64,000 bases of DNA from Dehalococcoidia bacterium (GTDB lineage: Bacteria; Chloroflexota; Dehalococcoidia; Lucifugimonadales; UBA3495), in contig CBDCQN010000003.1 of NCBI GenBank assembly GCA_965220625.1, forward strand, positions 1,994,186 to 2,058,185, read 5' to 3'. The notes below the pieces were generated by a model. The model saw nothing but the letters and a program-made list of their open reading frames with translations, did not search any database and was not told the origin of the DNA. Positions 25,229 to 33,581 of the stretch are shown here, piece after piece; positions within the stretch are counted from its first letter, which is position 1; each line of letters opens with the position of its first letter. The translations under genes were made by a program, and so were the position numbers.

Positions 25229-25531
25229 TCAGCTGCGGGTAGCCAGCGTGATGAGGTTGGCTACCAGCGTGGCTATAGTCGCTGCGCCTAAGCCGTATAG
25301 CACGAACATTAGCTTGTCTAACCGGGTATTCGTTTCAGTAATGCGAGCGTGACCGTCATCAAAGCGTGTGTTGAAATCAGACCGCATATCCTCAAAGCGG
25401 GTATTGAAGTCAGACCGCATATCCTCAAGGCGGGCGTTGAAATCAGACCGCATATCGTCCAGCCGTTGGTTGGTAGCTTCCTGTCTCTCCTCCAGCCGGC
25501 CGAGACGTTCCTCATCAGTTGCCATCGTCAT
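25229..25531 (-). CDS. small tail-anchored coiled-coil protein with three 11-residue repeats (family member P1)
   Basis: LDDMRSDFNAR/LEDMRSDFNTR/FEDMRSDFNTR followed by a C-terminal TM helix (LMFVLYGLGAATIATLVANLITL). Paralogs at 39248, 40596 and 49601. Confidence 0.65.
   Translation of the reverse strand: MTMATDEERLGRLEERQEATNQRLDDMRSDFNARLEDMRSDFNTRFEDMRSDFNTRFDDGHARITETNTRLDKLMFVLYGLGAATIATLVANLITLATRS
25364..25462. repeat. 33-bp x 3 in-frame tandem repeat inside the small protein gene
   Basis: Units 25364-25396, 25397-25429 and 25430-25462, read directly. Confidence 0.9.
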
Positions 25532-25608
25532 GGCACCGCTCCTTACCCCGCGGTTCCACCCTACCGCAAAGTGCTACGATTATACTACGCCGCGGGCGAG
25601 GTTTAGCC

Positions 25609-26430
25609 CTATTGGGCGAGGAGCGCGTCGCGTAGGCCGGCCAGCAGCCCCGACACCCGGGCCAGGCTGGCGTCGTCGCCCATCCCCAGCTTCAGCGGGG
25701 TCACGGACACCCAATTGTTCCTTACCGCCCAGATATCGGTGTCGGCCTCCGGCTGCCCTGGGATCGGACGGTTGCGGGCGATGCGGTACAGCTTCCCTTC
25801 CTGGCCCGTGCCGTTGGCGCTGGGCCCCTCTTGGCGCACCGACTCTCCATACGAGCGATTGCCCAATCGGGTGATCTTGATGCCGGCGATTTGCGGCTGG
25901 GCCACGTTGGGAATATTCACGTTGAGGAACATTGGAGCCGACGGGTTGTCCCTGACCTGCCCGGCCAATGACTCAAGAATGCGCTCGGCGGTCTCGTAGC
26001 GAGGGTTGGTTACCGAACCGACGGAGATCGCGATGGTGGAACAACCCCGGATGAACCCTTGTACGGCGCCGCCCACCGTGCCCGAAACCATTACGTCCCA
26101 ACCGGTGTTGGTGCCCGAGTTGATCCCGGAAACCACCAGGTCGACCGGCCCGGTCACCGATTCCAACGCCAGGATGCAGCAGTCTCCGGGTGTACCGTCC
26201 GCGGAGTAGGCGGTCACCGGGAACAGGTCTTCGCCAGCCTCCTGGAACTCAGGGGCCGGTTCCCACGGGCCCACGCGCACCGGCGCATGGAGGGTGAGTG
26301 ACGCGCCCACACCGCTCTGCTCCTGTGCCGGCGCCATCACGAACACCTCCCCAACCCGGCGGAGGGGCCTGACGGCGGCCCACAGGCCCGGGGAAGAAAT
26401 GCCGTCGTCATTAATCAGGAGAATCTTCAT
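25609..26430 (-). CDS. surE: 5'/3'-nucleotidase SurE
   Basis: MKILLINDDGISSPG and SGINSGTN are SurE motifs. Confidence 0.95.
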   Translation of the reverse strand: MKILLINDDGISSPGLWAAVRPLRRVGEVFVMAPAQEQSGVGASLTLHAPVRVGPWEPAPEFQEAGEDLFPVTAYSADGTPGDCCILALESVTGPVDLVVSGINSGTNTGWDVMVSGTVGGAVQGFIRGCSTIAISVGSVTNPRYETAERILESLAGQVRDNPSAPMFLNVNIPNVAQPQIAGIKITRLGNRSYGESVRQEGPSANGTGQEGKLYRIARNRPIPGQPEADTDIWAVRNNWVSVTPLKLGMGDDASLARVSGLLAGLRDALLAQ

Positions 26431-26439
26431 GGGGGTCCG

Positions 26440-26533
26440 TTCACGCGGAGAACGCAGAGAAATTACGGAGGGCGTGAGGTCTGTTGATGAAATCTCCGCG
26501 CTCTCGGCGCGTTCTTCGTGCTCTCCGCGTGAA
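26440..26533. repeat. palindromic GGAGAGCAC-family element (long inverted repeat)
   Basis: ttcacgcggagaacgcagagaa (26440-26461) versus the reverse complement of ttcttcgtgctctccgcgtgaa (26512-26533). Confidence 0.6.
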
Positions 26534-26545
26534 ACCGTTTCCAGG

Positions 26546-27421
26546 CTAGTGGTGGGCCAAGCCCACGGCGTGGAACAGGGCGTGCTTCAGCTCGATGGCG
26601 GCCATCGCACGGCGGTAGTCGGCCGACGCGAAAATGTCGCCGATGATGTCGGAGCCCAGGTCGTCGGCCACCCGGTCGGCGGCCGCCGCGATGGACTCTT
26701 GGGTGAGTTCCTGTCCCGTCAACGCCGCCTCCACAGAGGGCGCCCTCACCGGGCTGGGCACCAGCCCCCCTACGGCGATACTGGCGCCGGTGCAATGATG
26801 GTGGCTACCGGCCTCCAGCGTTATCACGGCCGCAGCGCCCACTACCGCAAACGAGGTGGCAGGGTGGGCCATCTTGGCATATTCGGCCACTTGGTTCGCC
26901 GCCAACACCGGGACTTCAACACCGGTCAGAATCTCGTTGTCTCCCAAGGTGGTTGTGAACGCCCCGATGAAAAAATCAGAGGCCGCAACCGACCGGTTGC
27001 CCTGTCCCTGGATGTTGAACTGCGCGTTCAAGGCAGTAAGCACAGTAGGCAGGTCGGAGGCCGGGTCGGCGTGGGAAACGTTGCCTCCGATGGTGCCCCG
27101 GTTCCTCACGGCCGGGTCGCCCACGCCCTCAGCCGCCTCAGCCAGGATACCGCAAGACTGTTGCACCTGGGACGATGAGGCAATCTGGTTGTGGGTGGTC
27201 AGGGAACCTATACTGACGGTGCCGCCGTTCACCGAAATCCCCTTCAACTCCGCTATGCCGCCGATGTCCACCACCAATGCGGGGCGGGCCAAGCGCAGTT
27301 TCAGCAGCGGGATCAGGCTCTGTCCGCCGGCCAGCACCTTGGCCTCGCTATTGTTGGCGAGGGCGTGAATGGCTTCGGCGACCGACGCGGCTTTTTGATA
27401 ATCGAATTTGGGCGCGAACAT
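26546..27421 (-). CDS. molybdopterin dehydrogenase FAD-binding medium subunit (CoxM-like)
   Basis: VLAGGQSLIPLLKLRLARP FAD-binding pattern. Last gene of an S-L-M operon. Confidence 0.85.
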   Translation of the reverse strand: MFAPKFDYQKAASVAEAIHALANNSEAKVLAGGQSLIPLLKLRLARPALVVDIGGIAELKGISVNGGTVSIGSLTTHNQIASSSQVQQSCGILAEAAEGVGDPAVRNRGTIGGNVSHADPASDLPTVLTALNAQFNIQGQGNRSVAASDFFIGAFTTTLGDNEILTGVEVPVLAANQVAEYAKMAHPATSFAVVGAAAVITLEAGSHHHCTGASIAVGGLVPSPVRAPSVEAALTGQELTQESIAAAADRVADDLGSDIIGDIFASADYRRAMAAIELKHALFHAVGLAHH

Positions 27422-27424
27422 CGC

Positions 27425-29773
27425 TTAACTCCCCTGTTGATGGATGGCCTGCCAGACCTTTTGCGGCGTGAGGGGCATGTCGATGTGGGTAACCCCGAAC
27501 GGCCGCAGCGCATCAATCACCGCGTTATATATTGTGACAGTCGAAGCTATGGTCCCCGTTTCGCCAATTCCCTTGACCCCCAACGGATTATGGGGCGACG
27601 GAGTCTCCGACGAAATGGTCTCGATGTCGGGCACCATATGGGCCCTGGGCAGCACGTAATCGTTCATGGTCCCGGTAAGCAGTTGGCCGTTGTCGGCGTA
27701 AACCGCACCCTCCCACAGGGCCTGGCCGGCCCCTTGGACCACGCCGCCGTGTATCTGCCCTTGTACAATCATGGGGTTGATCTGGGGGCCGCAGTCGTCG
27801 GCCGCCACATAGCGCTGGAGTTCGACTAACCCGTTGTCCGGGTCGACGGTCACCACAGCGACGTGAGCTCCGAAAGGATAGACGAAGTTGGGCGGGTCGT
27901 AGAAAGCGGAGGCCTCCAGCCCCGGTTCCATCCCCTCCGGCATATTCCAGGCAACATTGGCCATCAAGGCAATGTCCTGGATGGACCGGCTCTGGTCGGG
28001 GGACCCTCTGACCGAGAATTGGCCGTCGGCATACTCGATGTCTGCCTCGGCGGCCTCCAGAAGGTGGGCCGCCAATGCCGTGGCTTTGTCCTTGATCTTG
28101 CGTAGTCCCAGAACCAGCGCCCCGGCGCCCACCGCGGTGGTGCGGCTGCCGTAGGTGCCCCATCCCATTGGGGCGCTGGCGGTATCGCCGTGGATAATCT
28201 CCACGTCATCCACCGGCACACCCAATTCGTCTGACACGATCTGGGCGAAGGTGGTCTCCTCGCCTTGGCCGTGGGGGGACACGCCAACATAGGCATTGAC
28301 CTTGCCGGAGGGATGGAACCGCACGACGGCGCTCTCCCAGAGGCCGCCGCCAAATCCCACGGCTCCCGCCACCTGGGAGGGTCCCAACCCGCATATTTCA
28401 CAGTAGCAGGAGACGCCGATGCCCATGTACTGGTGGTGCTCCCGCAGATGGGCCTGCTCCTCGCGAAGCCCGGTGTAATTCGCGCGGTCCAGCACCAGGT
28501 CAAGGGAGGTCTCGTAATCGCCGCTGTCGTAGGTAAGCCCCGTGGCGACGTCCCGTCCCTCCTCGAATTTCGGAATCAGGTTCTTCCGCCGCAGTTCCAC
28601 CGGGTCCATTCCCAACTCGGCGGCCAGAACGTCCACCATGCGCTCAAGGAGGAAAGTGGCCTCAGGGCGTCCGGCGCCCCGATAGGCGTCCACCGGCGTG
28701 GTGTTGGTGAAGACGCCGTAGACATCGGCCTTGGTGGCCCCGATGTCATAGGGCCCGGAATACATCAACCCGTGGAGAATGGTGGGGACACCGGGCGCCG
28801 CAGTGCTGAGGTAGGCGCCCATGCCGGCGTAGACCACTGCACGCACACCGGTGATCTTTCCGTCGCTGGTGGCCGCCATCTCCACGTGTTGGATGTGGTC
28901 CCTGCCGTGGATGGTGGCGATGTAGTTCTCCGACCGCGTCTCCGTCCACTTCACCGGGCGGCCCAGTTGCATTGAGCAAAAGGCGGTGATCATCTCATCG
29001 GCATAGACCGGTATCTTGCTGCCGAACCCTCCACCAACCTCCGGCGCGATCACCCTCAGCTTGTGTTCCGGCACACCGGTGACCAACGAGCCGAGAAAGC
29101 GGCAGATATGGGGGTTTTGGCTGGTGGTCCAGATGGTCAGTTCCCCCATAGCTCCCAGCCAAGTGGCCACGGCGGAACGGGGCTCCATCGCGTTGGGCAC
29201 CAGACGTTGCTGCAGGATAGTGTCCCGCACCACCACGTCGGCGTTGGCGAAGGCAGCGTCGGTGTCACCGCCCTCGGCGACCCAATGGAAAGCCTGGTTG
29301 TTGGGAGCGTCCTCATGCAGTTGGGGCGCTCCGGCCTGCATGGCGGCCTCCGAGTTCACGGTGGCCGGCAGCACTTCGTAATCGACCTGGATGAGTTCCA
29401 TAGCGTCTTCGGCCTGGTAACGGCTGTCGGCGACCACCACAGCCACGGCGTCGCCTTGGTACCGCACCACATCCTTGGCAATGGCGGGGTGGGCCACAGC
29501 TTTGACGTCGGAATCAGGGACAATCCAGGCGCACGGAATGGGGTTGATCACGCCTTCCACGTCTGCGCCGGTATAGACCGCCAGCACCCCCAGAGCGCTG
29601 GCCGCCCCAGTGGTGTCAATGCTGCGGATGCGAGCGTGGGCATGCGGGCTGCGCAGTATGGCCGCATGGACCGTTCCCGGCAACGAAACATCGTCGGTGT
29701 AGGTCGCGCCCCCGGTAATGAGCCTGGGGTCTTCCCGGCGACGTATGCCGGAACCGAATATTCTGGTCGTCAT
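27425..29773 (-). CDS. xanthine dehydrogenase family molybdopterin-binding large subunit, form II CoxL-like
   Basis: 782 aa. Active-site loop AYRGAGR (form II type) rather than AYxCSFR (form I). Confidence 0.85.
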   Translation of the reverse strand: MTTRIFGSGIRRREDPRLITGGATYTDDVSLPGTVHAAILRSPHAHARIRSIDTTGAASALGVLAVYTGADVEGVINPIPCAWIVPDSDVKAVAHPAIAKDVVRYQGDAVAVVVADSRYQAEDAMELIQVDYEVLPATVNSEAAMQAGAPQLHEDAPNNQAFHWVAEGGDTDAAFANADVVVRDTILQQRLVPNAMEPRSAVATWLGAMGELTIWTTSQNPHICRFLGSLVTGVPEHKLRVIAPEVGGGFGSKIPVYADEMITAFCSMQLGRPVKWTETRSENYIATIHGRDHIQHVEMAATSDGKITGVRAVVYAGMGAYLSTAAPGVPTILHGLMYSGPYDIGATKADVYGVFTNTTPVDAYRGAGRPEATFLLERMVDVLAAELGMDPVELRRKNLIPKFEEGRDVATGLTYDSGDYETSLDLVLDRANYTGLREEQAHLREHHQYMGIGVSCYCEICGLGPSQVAGAVGFGGGLWESAVVRFHPSGKVNAYVGVSPHGQGEETTFAQIVSDELGVPVDDVEIIHGDTASAPMGWGTYGSRTTAVGAGALVLGLRKIKDKATALAAHLLEAAEADIEYADGQFSVRGSPDQSRSIQDIALMANVAWNMPEGMEPGLEASAFYDPPNFVYPFGAHVAVVTVDPDNGLVELQRYVAADDCGPQINPMIVQGQIHGGVVQGAGQALWEGAVYADNGQLLTGTMNDYVLPRAHMVPDIETISSETPSPHNPLGVKGIGETGTIASTVTIYNAVIDALRPFGVTHIDMPLTPQKVWQAIHQQGS

Positions 29774-29776
29774 CGC

Positions 29777-30253
29777 CTAGCCTCCCCCACTCGTATTCAT
29801 GCCAGGGGCGGCCTCGAGCACCGCCTGAACGATGTTGTGGTAGCCGGTGCACCGGCAGATGTTGCCTTCCAGTCCTTGGCGGACTTCCTCGGCCGTCGGG
29901 TTAGGGTTTCGTTCCAGAAGCTCCACCGAGGTCATGATCATGCCAGCGGTGCAATATCCGCACTGGAGACCGTGTTTGTTCCAGAACGCCTCTTGGACCG
30001 CGTGCAACTCGCCGCCTTGGGCGAGCCCTTCGATGGTCGTGATGTCGCTGCCGTCAGCCTGCACCGCCAAACAGGTGCAGGACTTTACGGTGACGCCGTC
30101 CATCCGGACCACACAGGAGCCGCACTGGCTGGTATCGCACCCGATTTTGGTGCCGGTGAGGCCCAGGTTATCCCGGAGGAAATGGACCAGCAGCACCCGC
30201 GGGTCCACGTCGCCCTCGCGGGCCCGGCCATTGACAGTGACCTGAATTCTCAA
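29777..30253 (-). CDS. (2Fe-2S)-binding small subunit (CoxS-like)
   Basis: [11 protein letters not shown] and CGYCTAGM cysteine clusters. Start set at TTG 30253 (MRIQVTVNG), 7 nt after GGAG. Confidence 0.85.
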   Translation of the reverse strand: MRIQVTVNGRAREGDVDPRVLLVHFLRDNLGLTGTKIGCDTSQCGSCVVRMDGVTVKSCTCLAVQADGSDITTIEGLAQGGELHAVQEAFWNKHGLQCGYCTAGMIMTSVELLERNPNPTAEEVRQGLEGNICRCTGYHNIVQAVLEAAPGMNTSGGG

Positions 30254-30540
30254 GGCGATACTCCTGTTGGGTAGGATTCGGAACCGAGGGAATCCGGCCT
30301 CCGGCCGGTCCACAACGGCAGGGGATTAGGAGAGGGTCGCGGCACCCGAAAAGGCGGGGTCGAATTGTGCCCGGAGTATATACTTGCCCAGAAGCAACGT
30401 CAACGCGAGTCAGAGCCCGCAGAGTGCACCAGGACCCTTTCATTCTTCGCCGTGGGCGAATGCTGTCGGGGCGTTGTCTGAACTGTGATTCGTTTGATTT
30501 ATATGATTTCTGTGATTGTTTCATTGGGACTGTTTCGTAA

Positions 30541-30864
30541 CTAGCAGAACCTGGGAGGGGGATAGTCCCGGGACCAGGGGATTAGGGCACGGAGGAGGTC
30601 TTCGCGGTCGGGGAGGGAGCTGTTGGCGCGGCACCGCTCCAGGTATTTATGGACCGCCATGAAGGAAGGGAGCCGGAAGCCGGCGGAGGCTACCCGGCGG
30701 ATGAAGGCATGGGACTCGGGAGGAGGTTGGCGGTCGGCGCGAGCTGCGGAGGATTGGAGGCAATGCTCCCCGGCCAACCGGCGGAGCCGGAGGAGGGCGA
30801 GCTGGCGGGCCAATTTTCGTTGGAGGGCGCGGACGCGGACTCTCAGGGAGCTCAGGGTATCCAT
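30541..30864 (-). CDS. hypothetical Arg-rich protein
   Basis: ORF trimmed to ATG 30864 because the upstream part runs through a REP element. No family recognised and no clear RBS. Confidence 0.3.
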   Translation of the reverse strand: MDTLSSLRVRVRALQRKLARQLALLRLRRLAGEHCLQSSAARADRQPPPESHAFIRRVASAGFRLPSFMAVHKYLERCRANSSLPDREDLLRALIPWSRDYPPPRFC

Positions 30865-30909
30865 ATAGGGTTCACATCGTTTTATCGGGCGTTTGGTTGG
30901 GGGTGTTTT

Positions 30910-30991
30910 GTAAGTGTTCAGTCCCGGTGAGAAGCCCCCGCCGCACCCCTGTGGATACCGGCTTTCGCCGGTATGACGAAAGGACTGACTT
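30910..30991. repeat. REP-like element, copy B (69-nt core identical to copy C)
   Basis: 30910-30978 is identical by eye to 48558-48626. The matching tail cgcttattggcagaccgtcac sits at 31100-31120, after an inserted GEG/PSP-type hairpin repeat. Confidence 0.85.
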
Positions 30992-31432
30992 AGAAACTGT
31001 CTCAAAACTGATGGCGCGTTTCGTCTGTTTTGGCGTCAGTTGACCCGGCGGGACCCACCCCCATCCTGACCTTCCCCCTGAGGGGGAAGGGGCTTTAGTC
31101 GCTTATTGGCAGACCGTCACGAGGCCGAACGGTTACGATGTGCGGCGGGGCGTTTGGCCTGGACGCTTCTTATGGTAGTGCGGGGTCTCAAGGCTTGGGA
31201 ATGGGCAAGTGTCAGGGCTTTTTTGTGAGGGTGGCAGGGTAAATATTTGAATCAGGGTTATCAGGATGGGAGGATTCGCAGAATGAAAGGCGCCCATTTT
31301 GAGATCCAGGAATCCGGTAAATCCTGATTCAGACATTAAGGGAGCAGCCCTTGCGGCTCGATTATTGCTTGGATTCCAACATTCTATTTCCAAGACGCAC
31401 CCCGGCAGAGTCGACAAGCGGCCGGCGGCCAT

Positions 31433-31572
31433 GGTCATTTAATTGTCCGCTCCTCCAAATGGGGGAGGGATAGGGTGGGGGAGTCCCCTGACGTGAGCGA
31501 CCATCGCTATTGCCAGTATTTCACCCTCACCCCAACCCTCTCCCTCTAGGGAGAGGGAGAATTAAAAGGCCC
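31433..31572. repeat. MITE-like 140-nt element E1 with imperfect terminal inverted repeats
   Basis: Starts ggtcatttaattg and ends gaattaaaaggccc. Roughly 85-90 percent identical by eye to the reverse complement of 45418-45555. Two internal GC hairpins. Confidence 0.8.
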
Positions 31573-31611
31573 TTTCGCCATGCTAGAATGGGGACGAGGT
31601 GTAAGGCCGTC

Positions 31612-32169
31612 ATGACTACGAGAACCAAATCTATCACCGCCGACGAACTTCTGGCTATGCCGCGCGGAGATGGCACACGCTATGAGCTTATCCGTGGAGT
31701 TTTGATTCAGAAAATGCCTACCGGTACTCCTCACGGCCTCACCGTCAGCAATACAGACTTTGTCTTAAACCACTACTGCCGGTCCACCGACTATGGTGAT
31801 ACAGTTGCCGCAGACCCTGGTTATCTGCTGGACCGGGACCCCGACACCGTTCGCGCGCCAGACATTGCGTGGTTCGCTCCAGGGAGGCTTACTTCGGTTG
31901 GGCCTGGGTTCCCGGAATTAGCCCCTGACCTGGCGGTGGAAGTCAAATCACCCAGCAACTCCAATCCCGAAATGGCCGCCAAGGCGGCAATGTGGCTCAG
32001 CTACGGTTCGCAAGAATCGTGGGTGCTCGACCCGGAGCACACCGTAGTCACGGTCTACCGCCCAAACGCCGAGCCGGTAACGCTGACAGAAGACGACACC
32101 CTTGACGGCGGCGACTTGTTGCCCGGCTTCACCTCCCCAATCTGGCAACTTTTCCGCCGCCGCCGCTAG
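31612..32169 (+). CDS. Uma2 family (DUF820) PD-(D/E)XK endonuclease-like protein
   Basis: YELIRGVL...APDIAWF...PDLAVEVKSPSN...SWVLDPE..VTVYRP are Uma2 motifs. ATG 31612 after GAGGTG, with tgctagaat upstream. Confidence 0.8.
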   Translation: MTTRTKSITADELLAMPRGDGTRYELIRGVLIQKMPTGTPHGLTVSNTDFVLNHYCRSTDYGDTVAADPGYLLDRDPDTVRAPDIAWFAPGRLTSVGPGFPELAPDLAVEVKSPSNSNPEMAAKAAMWLSYGSQESWVLDPEHTVVTVYRPNAEPVTLTEDDTLDGGDLLPGFTSPIWQLFRRRR

Positions 32170-32267
32170 ACCATCTGAAATGCGGAGTGCGGAATGGGGG
32201 ATTATTAAAACATTGCCCACTCCTCATTCCACGTTCCACATTCCTAATTCTGCGGAGGTTTTCCTGA

Positions 32268-33575
32268 ATGTTCCCCCACTCCGTATTTCCTGACACCGCT
32301 GAAATCAACGGCGACGGCCATTTGATTATCGGCGGTTGCAGCTCCCTGGATTTGGCCGAAGAGTACGGCACGCCCGTCTACATTCTAGACGAGCAGACGA
32401 TTCGGGCCCGCTGCCGGGAGTTCTTCGGCGAGTTCCGACAGCGTCACGCCGACAGCCGCGTCAGCTACGCCTGCAAGGCCTACATCAACCCGGCGTTGAC
32501 CCGGCTGCTCCAAGAGGAGGGGATGGGGTTCGACGTGGTGTCCGGTGGCGAGCTGGCCACCGCCATTAGCGCCGGCGTCCCGCTTGACGAAGTCTATTTC
32601 CACGGCAACAACAAGACCCCTCAAGAGCTGATTGAAGCCTTGGACCATTCGATCGGATGGGTGGTGGTGGACAGCTTCCACGAATTGGACTTGTTGGACC
32701 GGTTGGCCGGCGACGCCGGAAAGAAACAGGACATACTCCTTCGGGTGTCCCCGGGCATCGACCCCCATACCCACGTTTACACCACCACCGGCATCCTGGA
32801 CTCCAAGTTCGGGTTCTCCATCCAGACCGGAGACGCCGCCGAAGCCGTGCGCCGCGGGCTGGCGGCGGAGAACCTCAAGCTCAGAGGGCTGCATTTCCAC
32901 CTCGGTTCGCCGGTGTTCGAGTTGGAGCCGTACCGGGTGGCCACCGAGTTGGTGCTGCGGTTCGCGGCCGAGTTCCGCGAAGAAGGACTCGCGATGCAGC
33001 GGTTCAGCCCCGGCGGCGGGTTCGCCGTGGCCTATACCCGGGACCAGCACCCCCCCTCGGTGGCCGACTACGCGGAAGCCATCGTCTCGTCCATGAGCTC
33101 CACATGCCGGGAACTCGGCATGGAGCCGCCGACCCTGGTCATCGAGCCGGGCCGTTCTATTATCGGCCCGGCAGGCGTGGCCCTTTACCGGGTTGGGGCC
33201 ATCAAAGACGTGCCCGGAGTCCGCAAGTTCCTCAGCGTAGACGGCGGAATGGGCGACAACATCCGCCCGGCCCTGTACCAGGCCGAATACGAGGTCGTCG
33301 CCGCCAACAAGGCGTCTCTGGAACCGGTGGAGAAAGTCACGGTAGCGGGAAAGTACTGCGAGTCCGGCGACCTCTTGGCCTCGGATATCATGCTGCCCGA
33401 AATCGCCTCCGGAGACCTCCTGGCCATCCCGGCGGCAGGCGCATATTGCCCGTCTATGGCCAGCAATTACAACCTCAACCCACGGCCTCCCATGGTGCTG
33501 GTGTCCGGCGGCCGCAGCCGGTTGATTCGCCGCCGGGAAAGCTACCAAGACATGATGCACTGCGACGTCGCCTGA
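32268..33575 (+). CDS. lysA: diaminopimelate decarboxylase
   Basis: GTPVYILDE, YACKAY (PLP lysine), HFHLGS, EPGRSI and CESGD are motifs of fold-III decarboxylases. Confidence 0.95.
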   Translation: MFPHSVFPDTAEINGDGHLIIGGCSSLDLAEEYGTPVYILDEQTIRARCREFFGEFRQRHADSRVSYACKAYINPALTRLLQEEGMGFDVVSGGELATAISAGVPLDEVYFHGNNKTPQELIEALDHSIGWVVVDSFHELDLLDRLAGDAGKKQDILLRVSPGIDPHTHVYTTTGILDSKFGFSIQTGDAAEAVRRGLAAENLKLRGLHFHLGSPVFELEPYRVATELVLRFAAEFREEGLAMQRFSPGGGFAVAYTRDQHPPSVADYAEAIVSSMSSTCRELGMEPPTLVIEPGRSIIGPAGVALYRVGAIKDVPGVRKFLSVDGGMGDNIRPALYQAEYEVVAANKASLEPVEKVTVAGKYCESGDLLASDIMLPEIASGDLLAIPAAGAYCPSMASNYNLNPRPPMVLVSGGRSRLIRRRESYQDMMHCDVA

Positions 33576-33581
33576 GACCAA

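Noticed and set aside
30865-31005. N-terminal extension of ORF 30541-31005
   Set aside because: The extension is a translation of the REP core repeat (30910-30978), which also occurs in clearly intergenic contexts. The ORF was trimmed to ATG 30864, and even then it is low confidence.
31133-31438. 101-aa minus-strand ORF in the 31.1-31.4 kb region
   Set aside because: It runs through repeat sequence at both ends, has no RBS and gives an implausible low-complexity translation. I treat the region as non-coding (see the finding on a possible ncRNA).
32170-32267. Possible lysine riboswitch or attenuator upstream of lysA
   Set aside because: The segment consists of cggaatg/cattcc-type REP words (gcggagtgcggaatg ... 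cattccacgttccacattcc). It is too short and lacks the conserved L-box features I know.
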